NCBI GenBank assembly: GCA_965205505.1
Contig: CBDBHB010000007.1
Coordinates: 416,001-480,000 of the forward strand
Source: Acidobacteriota bacterium
GTDB taxonomy: Bacteria; Acidobacteriota; UBA890; WLXD01
DNA length: 64,000 bases
Direction: 5' to 3'
The notes below the pieces were generated by a model. It did not search any database, was not told the DNA's origin, and saw only the letters and a program-made list of their open reading frames with translations. The translations under genes and the position numbers were made by a program. Positions 52,102-63,007 of the stretch are shown here, piece by piece. How positions within the stretch are numbered: position 1 is the first letter of the stretch; every line of letters starts with the position of its first letter.

Positions 52102-52935
52102 GTGCACACGCTGCTGAAGCGCTTCGCGGGTCGTTTCGCGCTCACCCTGTCGCTGGTCGTGTTGGAAGCCGCGGGATGGACCCTGTTCCCGCTGGCCATC
52201 GGCCGGGCCATCGACGGGGTCCTGACAGATTCGCCGCGCGGGCTCTACCAGTTGGCCGGGCTCGGTATCGTCGCCATGGGGATCGGGATCGCCCGGCGGA
52301 TCGTCGACAGCAGGGCATACGCCCGGATCTACGCGCGGCTGGGGGAGGAGCTTCTCGAGCAGCATCCCGAGACCGGGACATCGACAACGACGGCGCGTCT
52401 AGGGATGCTGCGGGAGATCGTCGAGTTCTTCGAGAACTCTCTGCCCGGGCTCATCACCAGCCTCGTCGGACTCGCCGGGACGATCCTCATCCTGTCGGCC
52501 CTGAACTTTCCGGTCTTCCTCGCCTGCCTAGCCGTCACAGGCGCCACGATTGCCCTGTACGCGCTGACCGGAGGGCTGACCACGCGCTACAACGAAGGGC
52601 TCAACGACGAGCACGAACGGCAAGTCGACGCCGTCGCCAGCGGTGACGCCGTCCGTGTCGGCTTACACCTTCGCGACATGATGCGCTGGAACATCAGGCT
52701 CTCGGATCTGGAAGCCGCCAACTTCGGGATCGTGTGGCTGTTCATGATCGGCTTGCTGGTGTTCACCATCGGAGAGGCAGCGGACCAGACCTTCGAATAC
52801 GGAATGGTCTTCGCCGTCGTGATGTACGTCTTCCAGTTCGTCGAATCGGTCATGTTGCTTCCCTTCTACTACCAGCAGTGGCTGCGCTTGCGGGAGATCT
52901 CGGGTCGGCTCTCCGCCATCGGCCTGGCGACCTGA
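52102..52935 (+). CDS. ABC-transporter six-transmembrane-domain protein (stand-alone)
   Basis: LFPLAIGRAIDG, RRIVDSRAYARIY, REIVEFFE, IRLSDLEA. Confidence 0.8.
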   Translation: MHTLLKRFAGRFALTLSLVVLEAAGWTLFPLAIGRAIDGVLTDSPRGLYQLAGLGIVAMGIGIARRIVDSRAYARIYARLGEELLEQHPETGTSTTTARLGMLREIVEFFENSLPGLITSLVGLAGTILILSALNFPVFLACLAVTGATIALYALTGGLTTRYNEGLNDEHERQVDAVASGDAVRVGLHLRDMMRWNIRLSDLEAANFGIVWLFMIGLLVFTIGEAADQTFEYGMVFAVVMYVFQFVESVMLLPFYYQQWLRLREISGRLSAIGLAT

Positions 52936-52990
52936 GAGAGGGCGAGCCGACGGCACTTGCGGCCGATCTCTAAGCCAGCCCGTGCCAGGC

Positions 52991-53662
52991 TCAGGTCCGC
53001 GGATGCTTCCGGACCGCGAGTTCGGCGGTACGCAGGACCTGGGCGCATCGGCTTTGGGACCACAGCAGGACTCTCCCCGCAGAAACGCCCGCGAGGGCTG
53101 GACCGGGTTTCTGGTCGCACACATACCGCAACGGATCGAGGAAGCCTATTACGGCACCGACGTTCTTCCACCCGGCCATTGTGGCCCGTACGTGGTCGAG
53201 CGACTCGGGGTATTCAACGTCGCAGACGTGGATGGCTATCGACGGGATCAACCCAGGGAGAATTTCTTGGACCACCTGCTCGATACCACGCAGGGACGGA
53301 ATGGCGTCGCCGTAGTGACCAGGATCGACGTCGTTCGCCCAGAGATGCAATTTCGCCTGCCGCAAAGTCGCTAGCAAGCTCACGATTAGAGCCCCGTTCG
53401 CCCCGCAGTCGGGCCGATGCCTCAGACAGCGTCTGATGACATCGACGAAGTCGCCTCCTCCGCTGCTGTCAGCAATCTGCTGGAGCGCGCCCGACGAGAT
53501 CCCGACAGACTGCGGATGGGGGCGCCACTCCGAAAGAGCGGGCATCGCGAAAGCCGTTGCGAAACCGAGACTCTCGCCGGGCTCAATCCGATCCAGAAGC
53601 AGCGCAGCCGTCTCAGCTACAACCAGGTTTTCGAGAAGAGTACCGACGTTCTGAATCGGCAT
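52991..53662 (-). CDS. Hypothetical protein (possibly a fragment)
   Basis: 223-aa ORF; IGFLDP motif; no family recognised. Confidence 0.45.
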   Translation of the reverse strand: MPIQNVGTLLENLVVAETAALLLDRIEPGESLGFATAFAMPALSEWRPHPQSVGISSGALQQIADSSGGGDFVDVIRRCLRHRPDCGANGALIVSLLATLRQAKLHLWANDVDPGHYGDAIPSLRGIEQVVQEILPGLIPSIAIHVCDVEYPESLDHVRATMAGWKNVGAVIGFLDPLRYVCDQKPGPALAGVSAGRVLLWSQSRCAQVLRTAELAVRKHPRT

Positions 53663-53745
53663 GCCCGTTGGTCCGGCTAGCAGTATGGGGTCTCAGCTGC
53701 GGGCCGCGCGGCGGACCGTCCGCTGCGAGCGCTGGCTAGGCGACG

Positions 53746-54509
53746 TCACGCCAAGTATCCAGGCGTCCCATAAGTGAACCGCTCTCTCCATATGAGCTCC
53801 AGTACGTCGTTGGTGAAACGACGCGTGGCCACGTTACAGAAAGCGTCGACGATCGCAGAGCTGCCAGACCCGCGGCCCTCGATCACGTCCATCCAGAACG
53901 CGGGCTTGTAGCGGACGAGATTCCCGAGGATGTAAAGGCCGGCATAGAGGACAGCGGTTGAGGATACGATTCCGCATTCATGCCGTTCGACCAAGAAATA
54001 CCGGCTGTCGATCGCGTGCCGCGTGATCGACAGGTTCGGCGGCAGGTCAGGCCCAGGCTCCGAGCGAAGAAACGCCGTTTGTGAGCCATCGGCGGTTTCT
54101 TCAAAGCCGTCGGCAAGGGCAGGCAAGTGCTCGGCTATCTCCGCGTGCGGAAGTCCGCAGGCCGTGATGATCAGCAGGTGGCCCGCGTCCGTTGGCCGCG
54201 GCTCGTGGCGCAGCTTTATCATGGGTGGCTTCGCGCCATAGTGACGATAGTGCAACGGCATCAGGTCGGGTATTCGGCCGACCATTTCTTGAAATCGAAC
54301 AGCTACGTTCTCCTCAAGCGGGCCGTCGCCCACAACGGAGCAGAGGCCGGGGAACACTCCCGCCGCCTTGGTGACACCGAACTCGGCTTCGACTGACCAA
54401 TCTCCGGGAGACTGCACGTAGTCTGTCAGCCGTTCGCTGTTCGGTCGCGTGGCGAGCCCGTGGTATCTGATTTCGTGAAGTTCAGCGCCTTCCGACGAGG
54501 CGAGGATCG
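53746..54509 (-). pseudogene. YaaC-like protein, 5'-truncated
   Basis: HGL..GVF..; LYAGLYILGNLVRYKPAFWMDVI. Confidence 0.7.
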
Positions 54510-54654
54510 CGCGGGGCCGATGAGATGGCCGCCCTTCAGGAGCGGATCGCGGCGCTTGGGGCGATACAGCTGCCCACGCTGCGTGATGAATGGTGGCGTC
54601 TTTACCAGACACCCCCGCCCCGGCGGCTCGGCCGCGATCTGCTGATCCGGGGCA
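54510..54654 (+). repeat. Short fourth piece of the DUF2924 gene
   Basis: Near-identical to 22262-22406. Confidence 0.9.
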
Positions 54655-55010
54655 CGGTCACCGTCGCCGACCTGATGGACCGCTTCCTCGATGACTACCT
54701 CCAGAACAAGAAACGGCCGCCGAAGGCGTCGACCTTACGGAGCTACGACAGCCTGATCCGCTGCCATGTTGTGCCTACTCTGGGGAAGAAGCGCGTGGCC
54801 GAGATAGCCATGGCGGACCTGGAGCGAATGCACCGGCGAATGCGGCGACTCCGTACGTGGCGAACCGCACCCTGACCGTCCTACAGCACGCCTTCGACCT
54901 GGCCGAGGGCGCCAGCCCTGGCGCCTGCGCTGCCATTCGCGTCGCCTTCTGGACGGGCTGGCGGATCGGCGAGGTGCTCGCCCTCGAATCGGACAACCTC
55001 GATCTCGATT
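54655..55010 (+). pseudogene. Tyrosine integrase remnant (internally deleted)
   Basis: TVADLMDRFL..STLRSYDSLIRCHVVP.LG; ANRTL; TGWRIGEVLAL. Confidence 0.7.
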
Positions 55011-55102
55011 CGAGGCTCGAGGGGTCGCCGACGGGCATCGACGAGCGACGACGGACAACTCTAGGATTATCATTGGCTAGGAAGAGAACCGGAGCTGCAA
55101 CC

Positions 55103-57119
55103 ATGCCGGACACGATCGACGGCTACGAAATCCAAGGCTCACTTGGCTCAGGCGCTTTCGGGCGGACCTATCGGGTGACGAAGGGCGGCAACGTCTACGC
55201 GATGAAGGTGCTCAAGCCCGAGGCGATACGCACCGAAGTCGACCGCGAGCGTTTCCAGCGCGAGTGCCGGGCCCTGCAGAAGATCGAGAGCGAGTACGTC
55301 GTCGCGTACTATGACCATGGAGTCTTTGACGACGACGGCCGCGAAACCTACTACATCGTCATGAGCTTCGTCGAGGGCACCGACTTCGACCGGCTGCTGC
55401 GCCGCGAGAGCCCTCCCCGTCCCGAGGCGGAGATCCGCGCCGTGCTGGGACAGGTACTCGCTGGTCTGGCCGACATCCACGAGTGCAACATCGTCCACCG
55501 AGACCTCAAGCCGGCAAACATATTCGTCGCGAAGGACGGCGCGGTGAAGATCGGCGACTTCGGCCTCGTGAAGATGATCGACTACACGACGTTGACGATG
55601 ACGGGCGAGACCCTTGGCACGCCACTGTACATGTCGCCCGAGGAGATGCTCGACCGAGAGATCGACCACCGCAGTGATCTGTTCTCATTCGGCGTGCTGC
55701 TGTACCAGCTTCTGACTGGCCACTTCCCGTTTCCTGCGGGGAACATCATGCAGCTGATGCATGCTGTCACGCAGTATCCGCCGGAACGGCCGACGCTCCA
55801 CAACCCGGATTTGTCTAACCGCCTGGAGAACTTGGTACTGCGGCTTCTCGAGAAGGAGCCCTTCCTCCGGCCGTCCAACGCGGCGGAGGTGGCGGAGTTG
55901 CTGGAGCGTACGCCCTTCTACCGGGCGGATGAAGCTCCGGCACCGGAGGCCGAGGCGTGGAGCTTCGGCAAGCGGATGTGCTTCATCCGACTGCTGCACA
56001 ACGAGAAGAGCGTGACCGAACGGTTCCTGTCGGACCACACAATCGACGGGGTGGTCTTCCAGGCCAACTACATCCCACGGTACCGAGGGCAGCTGGAGGT
56101 GCTGCGTGACCACGGCGTGCCGTATCTCTTCGATCCGAGCACGAACCGCCTGACGTACTCGAAATTCAGCGAGACGAAGGGCCTGCGGGAGCTGCCGTAC
56201 GTGCTGGACAAGATGAGTAGGCTGACGCCGGCGAAGCTGCGCTCGATCGCCGACATCCGCAGGTATGTCAGGGAGGTGCTGAACTGGCAGATCCAGCATC
56301 GATGCAGGTACCTGGTCGCTCCGTTTCACTTCAGCAAGACGCTGACCTCGGAGTGGATGGAGATCGACCTGAAACTGATCTCGGAGGCTCGTGAGTACCT
56401 ATCGTCGAAGGGGCGCGAGGAGCGGCTGTTCGCGGCGGTCTGCACGAACCTCGAGGACCTTACGGACAAGGAGAACCGACGGCACTTGGTCAATCGGTAC
56501 TCGAAACATCCGGTAGACGGTTATCTGTTCTACATCGACCTCGTGCAGGAGCAGACGAGCGTGCCGGGTCAGCTGTACGGGTACCTGAACATGCTCGTGG
56601 ACTTCAGAGCGCTGGGAAGGCCCCTGATCGCCTGCCGGGTGGGCAACCTAGGCCTCGGCGTGGTGTCGCTCGGCATCGACGCCTTCACTACTGGAATCGC
56701 ATCGCTGAGCTTCTTTTCGGAGAAGACGCTGCTGGAAGATCGTCCGACCGGGTACACGATGCAGCTCAAGTACTACCTGCCGGAGTTGCTGTCGAACGTC
56801 CAGATCGGCGCCGCGATCGATGTGCTGAGCTCAGGTCAGTACGCGAGGCTCGTCTGTGGCTGTCCATACTGCGGTGGCCGTGTGGACGAGGTGACCTTGA
56901 GCAGGGCCGCCAAGCCGCATTTCCTCTACCGCCGGCGTCCAGGAGATGGAGGCCATCAACGCCACGAACGACGGCGCGCGGCTCGGCGATTTCCTAGACA
57001 AGACAGAGCAGGCGCTGAAGTTGACGACCGAGATCCGGCACAAGCTGGGTGTCGCCATCCCCAACCAGCATTTCAAGACCTGGCTCGAGGTCTTTCCCGA
57101 AGTGGCCAAGCGGCTCTAG
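55103..57119 (+). CDS. Ser/Thr protein kinase fused to a TGT/beta-protein-like TIM-barrel domain with Zn site; +1 frameshift near 56937
   Basis: LGSGAFG, AMK, HRDLKPAN, DFG, GTPLYMSPE, DLFSFG; C-domain YLFDP, YLVAP, GIDAFTTGI, CGCPYC..H; shifted frame ends at TAG 57117-57119. Confidence 0.8.
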
Positions 57120-57784
57120 CAGCGTAAGCCAGTGGCGTGGATCTGCTGCCAGATTCGCTCGTTGGTCATTAGGAACATCTCTTCGCTGCGCGGCTTGCGG
57201 CGGCGCGGGTGGAACACGATCTCGGCCGCGTCGTGGGAGACGGTCATCAGTCCGACGTTGTGCTTGCGGAGGATCTCGTCGCGCACGCGAGCTCGATGCC
57301 GCGCGGCGATGGCCAAGTAAGTCTTGTGGGCGAAGTGCTGGTAGCGCTTGGCCTGGCACAGTCCCTCGAACCAGTTCTTCATCTTGGCCTCAACGGCCCA
57401 GATCTCCTCGGCCACGGGTCTGTACTCGCCGAGGAGCTGGAAGGTGTCGTCGTCGGTCCTCTCGACGAAGTTCTCGGCGAGTAAGAAGCGCAGCACGTCG
57501 TAGCGGAGGCGCCTGGCCGAGATACCGGTGTGTTCGAGAAGCCGGTCGAAGGTCGCCCCCTCGAACTTCCGTAGCGCGTGGACGACCTGGACCTCGGCCC
57601 GGCGGGGCAGGGTCGTGGTCTGACGCTGGCGGAGCCGCTGGCGGACTCCATCGTCGCAAGGCCGGGCGGCAACGACATCGGCCACGCCGTAGCCGACGCC
57701 AAGCTCCTCGACCACGATGCTGTCTGCCCACAGCCCAGCTAGACAGGCCTTGATCGGCTCGATCATCTCGCTTTCGTAGCGCAC
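57116..57784 (-). CDS. wHTH + PD-(D/E)xK nuclease-like protein (sce7726/MmcB-like)
   Basis: AGGA RBS + GTG; EELGVGYGVADVV; central HTH; WAVEAKMKNW..QAKRYQHFAHKTYLAI; VGLM. Confidence 0.75.
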   Translation of the reverse strand: MRYESEMIEPIKACLAGLWADSIVVEELGVGYGVADVVAARPCDDGVRQRLRQRQTTTLPRRAEVQVVHALRKFEGATFDRLLEHTGISARRLRYDVLRFLLAENFVERTDDDTFQLLGEYRPVAEEIWAVEAKMKNWFEGLCQAKRYQHFAHKTYLAIAARHRARVRDEILRKHNVGLMTVSHDAAEIVFHPRRRKPRSEEMFLMTNERIWQQIHATGLRC

Positions 57785-58508
57785 AAGCGTGTTCCTGTCG
57801 TCGCTCGAGAGCTGATTCTCGTTGCCAGAGTATATGCCGATGAAGCCGGCGGCGCGAAACGGCACCGCCCCTGGCAACGCACCGCCCGGGAAGATCCCCT
57901 GCGGTCTCCGGCCGCCTCTTGACCCGTCTTGGAGTGGCGCATCGGCCCTGACGTGCGCTCCATCAAGTACGCGGCGGTGGCGGACAACGGCGAGCGGCTG
58001 CAGGACGACGCGGTCCCTAGAAGCGAACTTCGGCGCCCGCGATGGGGCGCTGTTCGTGGCGCTATACGCGGAGCACGCAGGCAAGGTGTTGCGGGTGTTC
58101 TTCGTGGATGCCGGCGGCTCGCCGGGCTTGGCCCATGGGTGCGCGGCTCGCACCATGGCATCAAGCGGGCCGCCGAGCTGGCGGGACTGCCTGAGCGCAG
58201 AGGAGATATCCGGTGTTGTGCGATGCCGTTGTCGCTGAGCTCCGGCACCGGCCTGAGGTGCACGGCTTTCCTACTCAGTAGGCCCTCGCGCCTCGTTGCC
58301 GGTCGGCGGCGTAGATGATGTGGTCCGAGACTGATGCCGGGATCAGATGCGCGGTCCAGTTCAACAGCGTCAGCGCGCGACTCAAGCGGGCCGGTATGGA
58401 GCGGAGCAATGCTTCGTTCGTGGCACGGGCTGCAGAGGGCGACGACAAGTCGGTACGGCTCGGCCAGAGGATCTGGATAGATCCCCAGCAGGGGCCTACG
58501 ATATCTCC

Positions 58509-58883
58509 ATGACCAGCTTCCGGATTTTAGTGACGGTGCTCGCCGTGATTCACGCGGTGTTCACAGGATTCACGGCCCTGGTTGGAACATTCGCGAACGG
58601 TGGAGACGTTTGGCAACGGTTGCTGCTGATCCTCCTTCACCCTCTTGGCGCTGCGGGAGTGCTTCTGCTTGTGTTGCGGCCCCGCCTCACCACGACGACG
58701 ATCCTCGCCCTAGTGGCGCTCCTGATGGCGAACGTGATCGCCGACCTAGGCGTTGCGCAGCTGATGGCCGCGGGCAGAGTGCGGGGAGATTGGGAGCTTG
58801 CGCTGACATTTTCGGTGGTTCCGGCGATCGGGATCGTCTACGCGCTGGCCCTGCTGCGCACGGCTCGCGGAATCGCCGGGTAA
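58509..58883 (+). CDS. Small four-TM membrane protein
   Basis: Hydrophobic helices from MTSFRILV. Confidence 0.65.
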   Translation: MTSFRILVTVLAVIHAVFTGFTALVGTFANGGDVWQRLLLILLHPLGAAGVLLLVLRPRLTTTTILALVALLMANVIADLGVAQLMAAGRVRGDWELALTFSVVPAIGIVYALALLRTARGIAG

Positions 58884-59254
58884 AGGCACGCCGCCGGATC
58901 GATATAGTCGATGTGGCAGCGGCGACGGCGAGGACGGAGAAACGGGGAAAAGACACTCCCCGCACAAATGGACCCGGCCTAGAGGCGTTGATCAACACGC
59001 GGTCCTGGTCGGTGAGCACTATCGAGGCGCTCGTCAACGAGGGCATGGCTCTTCTGCACGAGCGCGTGAGCAAGGAGAACGCCGGTCCGGTGGAGGTCCT
59101 GGAGTCAGTTGAATGCCGGTGACTAGAAACGGCGCGCCTCGCGTGTCTTGCCTAACGGCGATCGCCTGCTAGGTGATGGCCCCATAGACCGAGCGCTTGA
59201 GATGACGATCTGTTCCAGAGTGGCGGCGTTAACCACCCTCGCCGATCCGCGTTC

Positions 59255-59290
59255 AAGATCCGCCTCCAGAGGAAGATCCGCCTCCAGAGG
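59255..59290. repeat. 18-bp tandem duplication
   Basis: AAGATCCGCCTCCAGAGG x2. Confidence 0.85.
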
Positions 59291-59320
59291 AGAGGCCTAC
59301 CCAGGATCGGGGCGGGGTGG

Positions 59321-60073
59321 TCAGTCGAAGACGTGGACCCCTAGAGAGAAAGACACAACGCCGTCCGCCGCGTACCTGTAGTCGAGCCGCGCCCCCTCAT
59401 CGACGACTATCCAGTCGGTGAGCGAGCGCGAGTAGCGGACCCGGAAGTCCAGCGGCCACTTCAGGTGTAGCGTCGTACCCACGCCGATCGCCCACGGCCA
59501 TCTTGCGAGGCGCTCGCGGTCTTCACTGGCCGTTCCGGTCTCGGGATTCGTCGCTCCGGAAGCGAACTCGGTCCACATTCGACGGATTCCACCGAAGAGG
59601 TAGACCCGCGAGCGGCCGTCCCCTAGCCCGCGCCCGAATAGGATGTTGCCACCCGCCCCGTACAGGTCGCTGAAGTCCCACTGGCCGGGCCATACATCGT
59701 GAACGTTCCCGTTCGGGGTCGGAGAAATCGCGCCCTCAAGCTTGCGTCGGCTGGAGACGGCACTCTCGACCTCGCCGCCCACGAGCCAGTTCCCCGGGAG
59801 CTCCAAGAGTAGCCCGACCGAGAGGTTGCCGGCGAGGGCGATGCCCGAAGAGGACGATGTGCTTGAACTCGATCCTCCCTGGATGGTTACTTCCTTGGTG
59901 TGTTCGACCGTAATCCGGCTTACCTCGGGAGCCAGGCGCACAAAGAAGACGGACTGCGCGTGGGCTTCGCCCACCCCAATGCACAGGCTGGCAACCGCCA
60001 GCAAGCCAATCAGTGCCCCTAGTCCACGCTCGTGAGTTTCCAGAATGCTTCGCCTCTGTTTCCAGTGAACCAT
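59321..60073 (-). CDS. Probable outer-membrane beta-barrel protein
   Basis: Signal peptide AHA/Q, alternating amphipathic strands, terminal FSLGVHVF. Confidence 0.6.
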   Translation of the reverse strand: MVHWKQRRSILETHERGLGALIGLLAVASLCIGVGEAHAQSVFFVRLAPEVSRITVEHTKEVTIQGGSSSSTSSSSGIALAGNLSVGLLLELPGNWLVGGEVESAVSSRRKLEGAISPTPNGNVHDVWPGQWDFSDLYGAGGNILFGRGLGDGRSRVYLFGGIRRMWTEFASGATNPETGTASEDRERLARWPWAIGVGTTLHLKWPLDFRVRYSRSLTDWIVVDEGARLDYRYAADGVVSFSLGVHVFD

Positions 60074-60797
60074 GATTGATCGATAAATCGAATGGCCATC
60101 CTAACGTACAGTCGGTGCCAGGAGGCGCTGATCCGACAAGTACTCGAAGAGTTCCGTCGATGCGAGGATGCCAGTGGCGCGGCGTGGGGGCTCGTGGGTC
60201 GCAGGAGGGGTCTTTACGGTCGTCGGTGGCCGTCGTTCTCGTCCGCGAGCTTGTTGATTTGCTTGGCATTTCGCCCGATCGCCCTCGCGAGCTCTCCGAT
60301 CTTCGCCCGCAGCTCCTTGATCTCCGCCTCCCGAGAGACCTCATCCCGCTCTTGCTTGCCCGAGAAGCCGGGCCAGTACCTTCTGCCGAGCCTTCTTCTT
60401 CCAGTTGGCGATCAGGTTCGGATGCACATCGTAGCGGGCTGCCAGCTCCGCCATCGTCGCTTCCTCCCGAAGCGCCTCCAAAGCGACCTTCGCCTTCAGC
60501 TCAGCAGGATAACTTCGTCTCTTCCGTGGCATTCCAGACTCCTTCTCCTTGGTCTGGATTCCACCTTAGCAAGCTGTCCGAATTTCGGGGTCCACCTCTG
60601 TATAGAGCGACAGCCGCAACGTAGAGCAGAGCGCAAGTACCGCCCGCCGCGGCGGCCAGCTCGTGGCGTACCGATGAGACTCCGGTCGCCAAGACCACGG
60701 CCTTGGACTGGACTTGTGCCGGCAAACGAGCGTCACTGTGGGTGCCTTCGGCCGACGGTTCCGGACCGAACATATGTGCACGAAAACCCAACCCGGC

Positions 60798-61271
60798 ATG
60801 GCCCCACGCGGGGCCGATGAGATGGCCGCCCTTCAGGAGCGGATCGCGGCGCTTGGGGCGATACAGCTGCCCACGCTGCGTGATGAATGGTGGCGTCTTT
60901 ACCAGACACTCCCGCCCCGGCGGCTCAGCCGCGATCTGCTGATCCGGGGCATCGCCTACAAGCTGCAGGAAAACGCCCACGGTGGCTTGAGCAAGGCCAC
61001 CCAGCGCCGCCTTCGGACACTGGCCAAGACCTTCGCCCAGACCGGCCGTGTGGCCCCCGGGAGGGGTCCGCGGCTGCGCCCTGGCGCGCGGCTGGTGCGG
61101 CAGTGGCGCGGTCGAACCTACGTGGTCACCGTCACCGAAACTGGCTTCGAGTACACCGGTAAGCTGTATCGCTCCTTGAGCAGTATCGCCCGGCGTATCA
61201 CCGGCGCCCATTGGTCCGGCCCCCGCTTCTTCGGCGTTCAGGGAGCGCCGCGCGCCAAGGGCTCGCCTTGA
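60798..61271 (+). CDS. DUF2924-domain protein (copy 2)
   Basis: Same protein as 22253-22726. Confidence 0.9.
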   Translation: MAPRGADEMAALQERIAALGAIQLPTLRDEWWRLYQTLPPRRLSRDLLIRGIAYKLQENAHGGLSKATQRRLRTLAKTFAQTGRVAPGRGPRLRPGARLVRQWRGRTYVVTVTETGFEYTGKLYRSLSSIARRITGAHWSGPRFFGVQGAPRAKGSP

Positions 61272-63007
61272 ACGAGGCGACTGCTCCTGCCTGCCGCAAC
61301 GGCAACTGGCGCGTGCGCTGCGGTATCTACACCCGCAAGTCCCACGAGCATGGGCTGGATCAAGCCTTCAACTCCCTGCAGGCGCAGCGTGAAGCTTGTG
61401 AGGCCTATATCGCGAGCCAGAAGCACGAAGGCTGGATGGCTCTACCCAATCACTATGACGATGGCGGTGTATCCGGCGCCACGATGAATCGGCCAGGGTT
61501 GCAGCGTCTGCTGGCCGATATTCAAGACGGGCGGATCGACGTCATCGTGGTGTACAAGGTGGACCGGCTGACCCGGGCGTTATCGGACTTCGCCCACATC
61601 GTGGAGGTGTTGGACCGGTACGAGGTGTCGTTCGTGTCGGTAACCCAGCAGTTCAACACCACCAGCTCGATGGGCCGGCTGACGCTCAACGTGCTGCTGT
61701 CATTCGCGCAGTTCGAGCGCGAGGTCACCGGTGAGCGCATTCGCGACAAGATCGCCGCCTCCAAGAAAAGAGGTCTGTGGATGGGAGGCAACCCGCCCCT
61801 GGGCTACGACGTCCAGGACCGGAAGCTGATTGTCAACGAGCCGGAGGCCGGAACCGTCCGCTATATCTTCCGCCTGTACCGTCAGCTCCGATCGGTGCGG
61901 GAGCTACGTGAGCGGCTCGGGGCCGAGGGCGTCACTAGCAAGCGCCGGGTGCTGCGCGACGGCCGCGTCACCGGTGGCAAGCCCATCAACCGGGGGGCGC
62001 TCTACTACCTGCTGCGCAACCGCATCTACCGGGGACAGATCGTCCACAAGGACAAGGCCTATCCCGGCGAACATGAAGCCATCATCGATCGGGAGCTGTG
62101 GGATGCGGTGCAGGCGACCCTGACCGACAACACCCGGGGCACCCGCCGCCGGGGCTCCCGGCGGCCCAGCCTGCTTACGGGCCTGCTGGTGGACGAGCAG
62201 GGCGAAGGCCTCACGCCCACCCATGCGGTTAAGAAGAACCGGCGCTACCGCTATTACGTCTCCCGCCACCTGATCATCGAGGGCAAGCAAGCCGACCGCA
62301 AGGGGTGGCGCATCCCAGCGGCGGATCTGGAGGGTCTCGTCGTGGCCCGTCTGCGGGAATGGCTCGGTGATCCGGCAGCGGTGAGCGCTGTGGTGCAAGG
62401 CGACCGCCCCGATGCAGCAGCCCTAGCAGCTTTGATCGCCAGCGCCAAGAAGCTCGCCGAACGGTGGCCGAGCCTGAAACAGGATCAAGCCAGGGCGTAT
62501 CTCAAGAGCCTCCTGCGGCGCGTCATCATCCGGTCCGGCAGCATCCAGATCCAGATCGCCGCGGACCGGGTCACCGAGGCGGTGTGCTCGGAGCCCGATG
62601 GCGGGCCGGTGCTGCCATCAACCCTCACCCACGACACCATCACCCTGGAGATCCCCGCCGTGCTCCAGCGCGCCGGCATGGCGGTGAGGCTGATCGTCCC
62701 CGGCGCCGGGGACGAGCCCCGGCCGGACCCGAGCCTGATGCGGCTGCTCGTGCGCGCCTTCGGGATCCGTGATCGACTGGACCGCAACCCCGATCTCACG
62801 ATCCAAAGGATCGCCGAGGCCGAGGGTGTGGTGGCCTCCTACGCCACCCGACTGCTGCGGTTGAGCTTCCTGGCGCCGGACATCGTCGCGGCCATCCTCG
62901 AAGGCCGCCCGCCGCTGGAGTTAACCGCCAACAAGCTCATGCGCGACACGCGACTGCCTCTGGAATGGACCGCGCAGCGGCAGCGTCTAGGGTTTCCGAC
63001 CGCTTAG
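61268..63007 (+). CDS. Large serine recombinase (copy 2)
   Basis: Differs from copy 1 at three visible residues (S/G, R/H, V/L). Confidence 0.93.
   Translation: MNEATAPACRNGNWRVRCGIYTRKSHEHGLDQAFNSLQAQREACEAYIASQKHEGWMALPNHYDDGGVSGATMNRPGLQRLLADIQDGRIDVIVVYKVDRLTRALSDFAHIVEVLDRYEVSFVSVTQQFNTTSSMGRLTLNVLLSFAQFEREVTGERIRDKIAASKKRGLWMGGNPPLGYDVQDRKLIVNEPEAGTVRYIFRLYRQLRSVRELRERLGAEGVTSKRRVLRDGRVTGGKPINRGALYYLLRNRIYRGQIVHKDKAYPGEHEAIIDRELWDAVQATLTDNTRGTRRRGSRRPSLLTGLLVDEQGEGLTPTHAVKKNRRYRYYVSRHLIIEGKQADRKGWRIPAADLEGLVVARLREWLGDPAAVSAVVQGDRPDAAALAALIASAKKLAERWPSLKQDQARAYLKSLLRRVIIRSGSIQIQIAADRVTEAVCSEPDGGPVLPSTLTHDTITLEIPAVLQRAGMAVRLIVPGAGDEPRPDPSLMRLLVRAFGIRDRLDRNPDLTIQRIAEAEGVVASYATRLLRLSFLAPDIVAAILEGRPPLELTANKLMRDTRLPLEWTAQRQRLGFPTA

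Noticed and set aside
54857-55102. Integrase-kinase fusion implied by the 756-aa ORF
   Set aside because: The upstream part is an integrase scrap that is in frame by chance; the kinase has its own GGAG + ATG at 55103
57930-58300. Possible IS110 remnant
   Set aside because: Similarity too weak to support by eye
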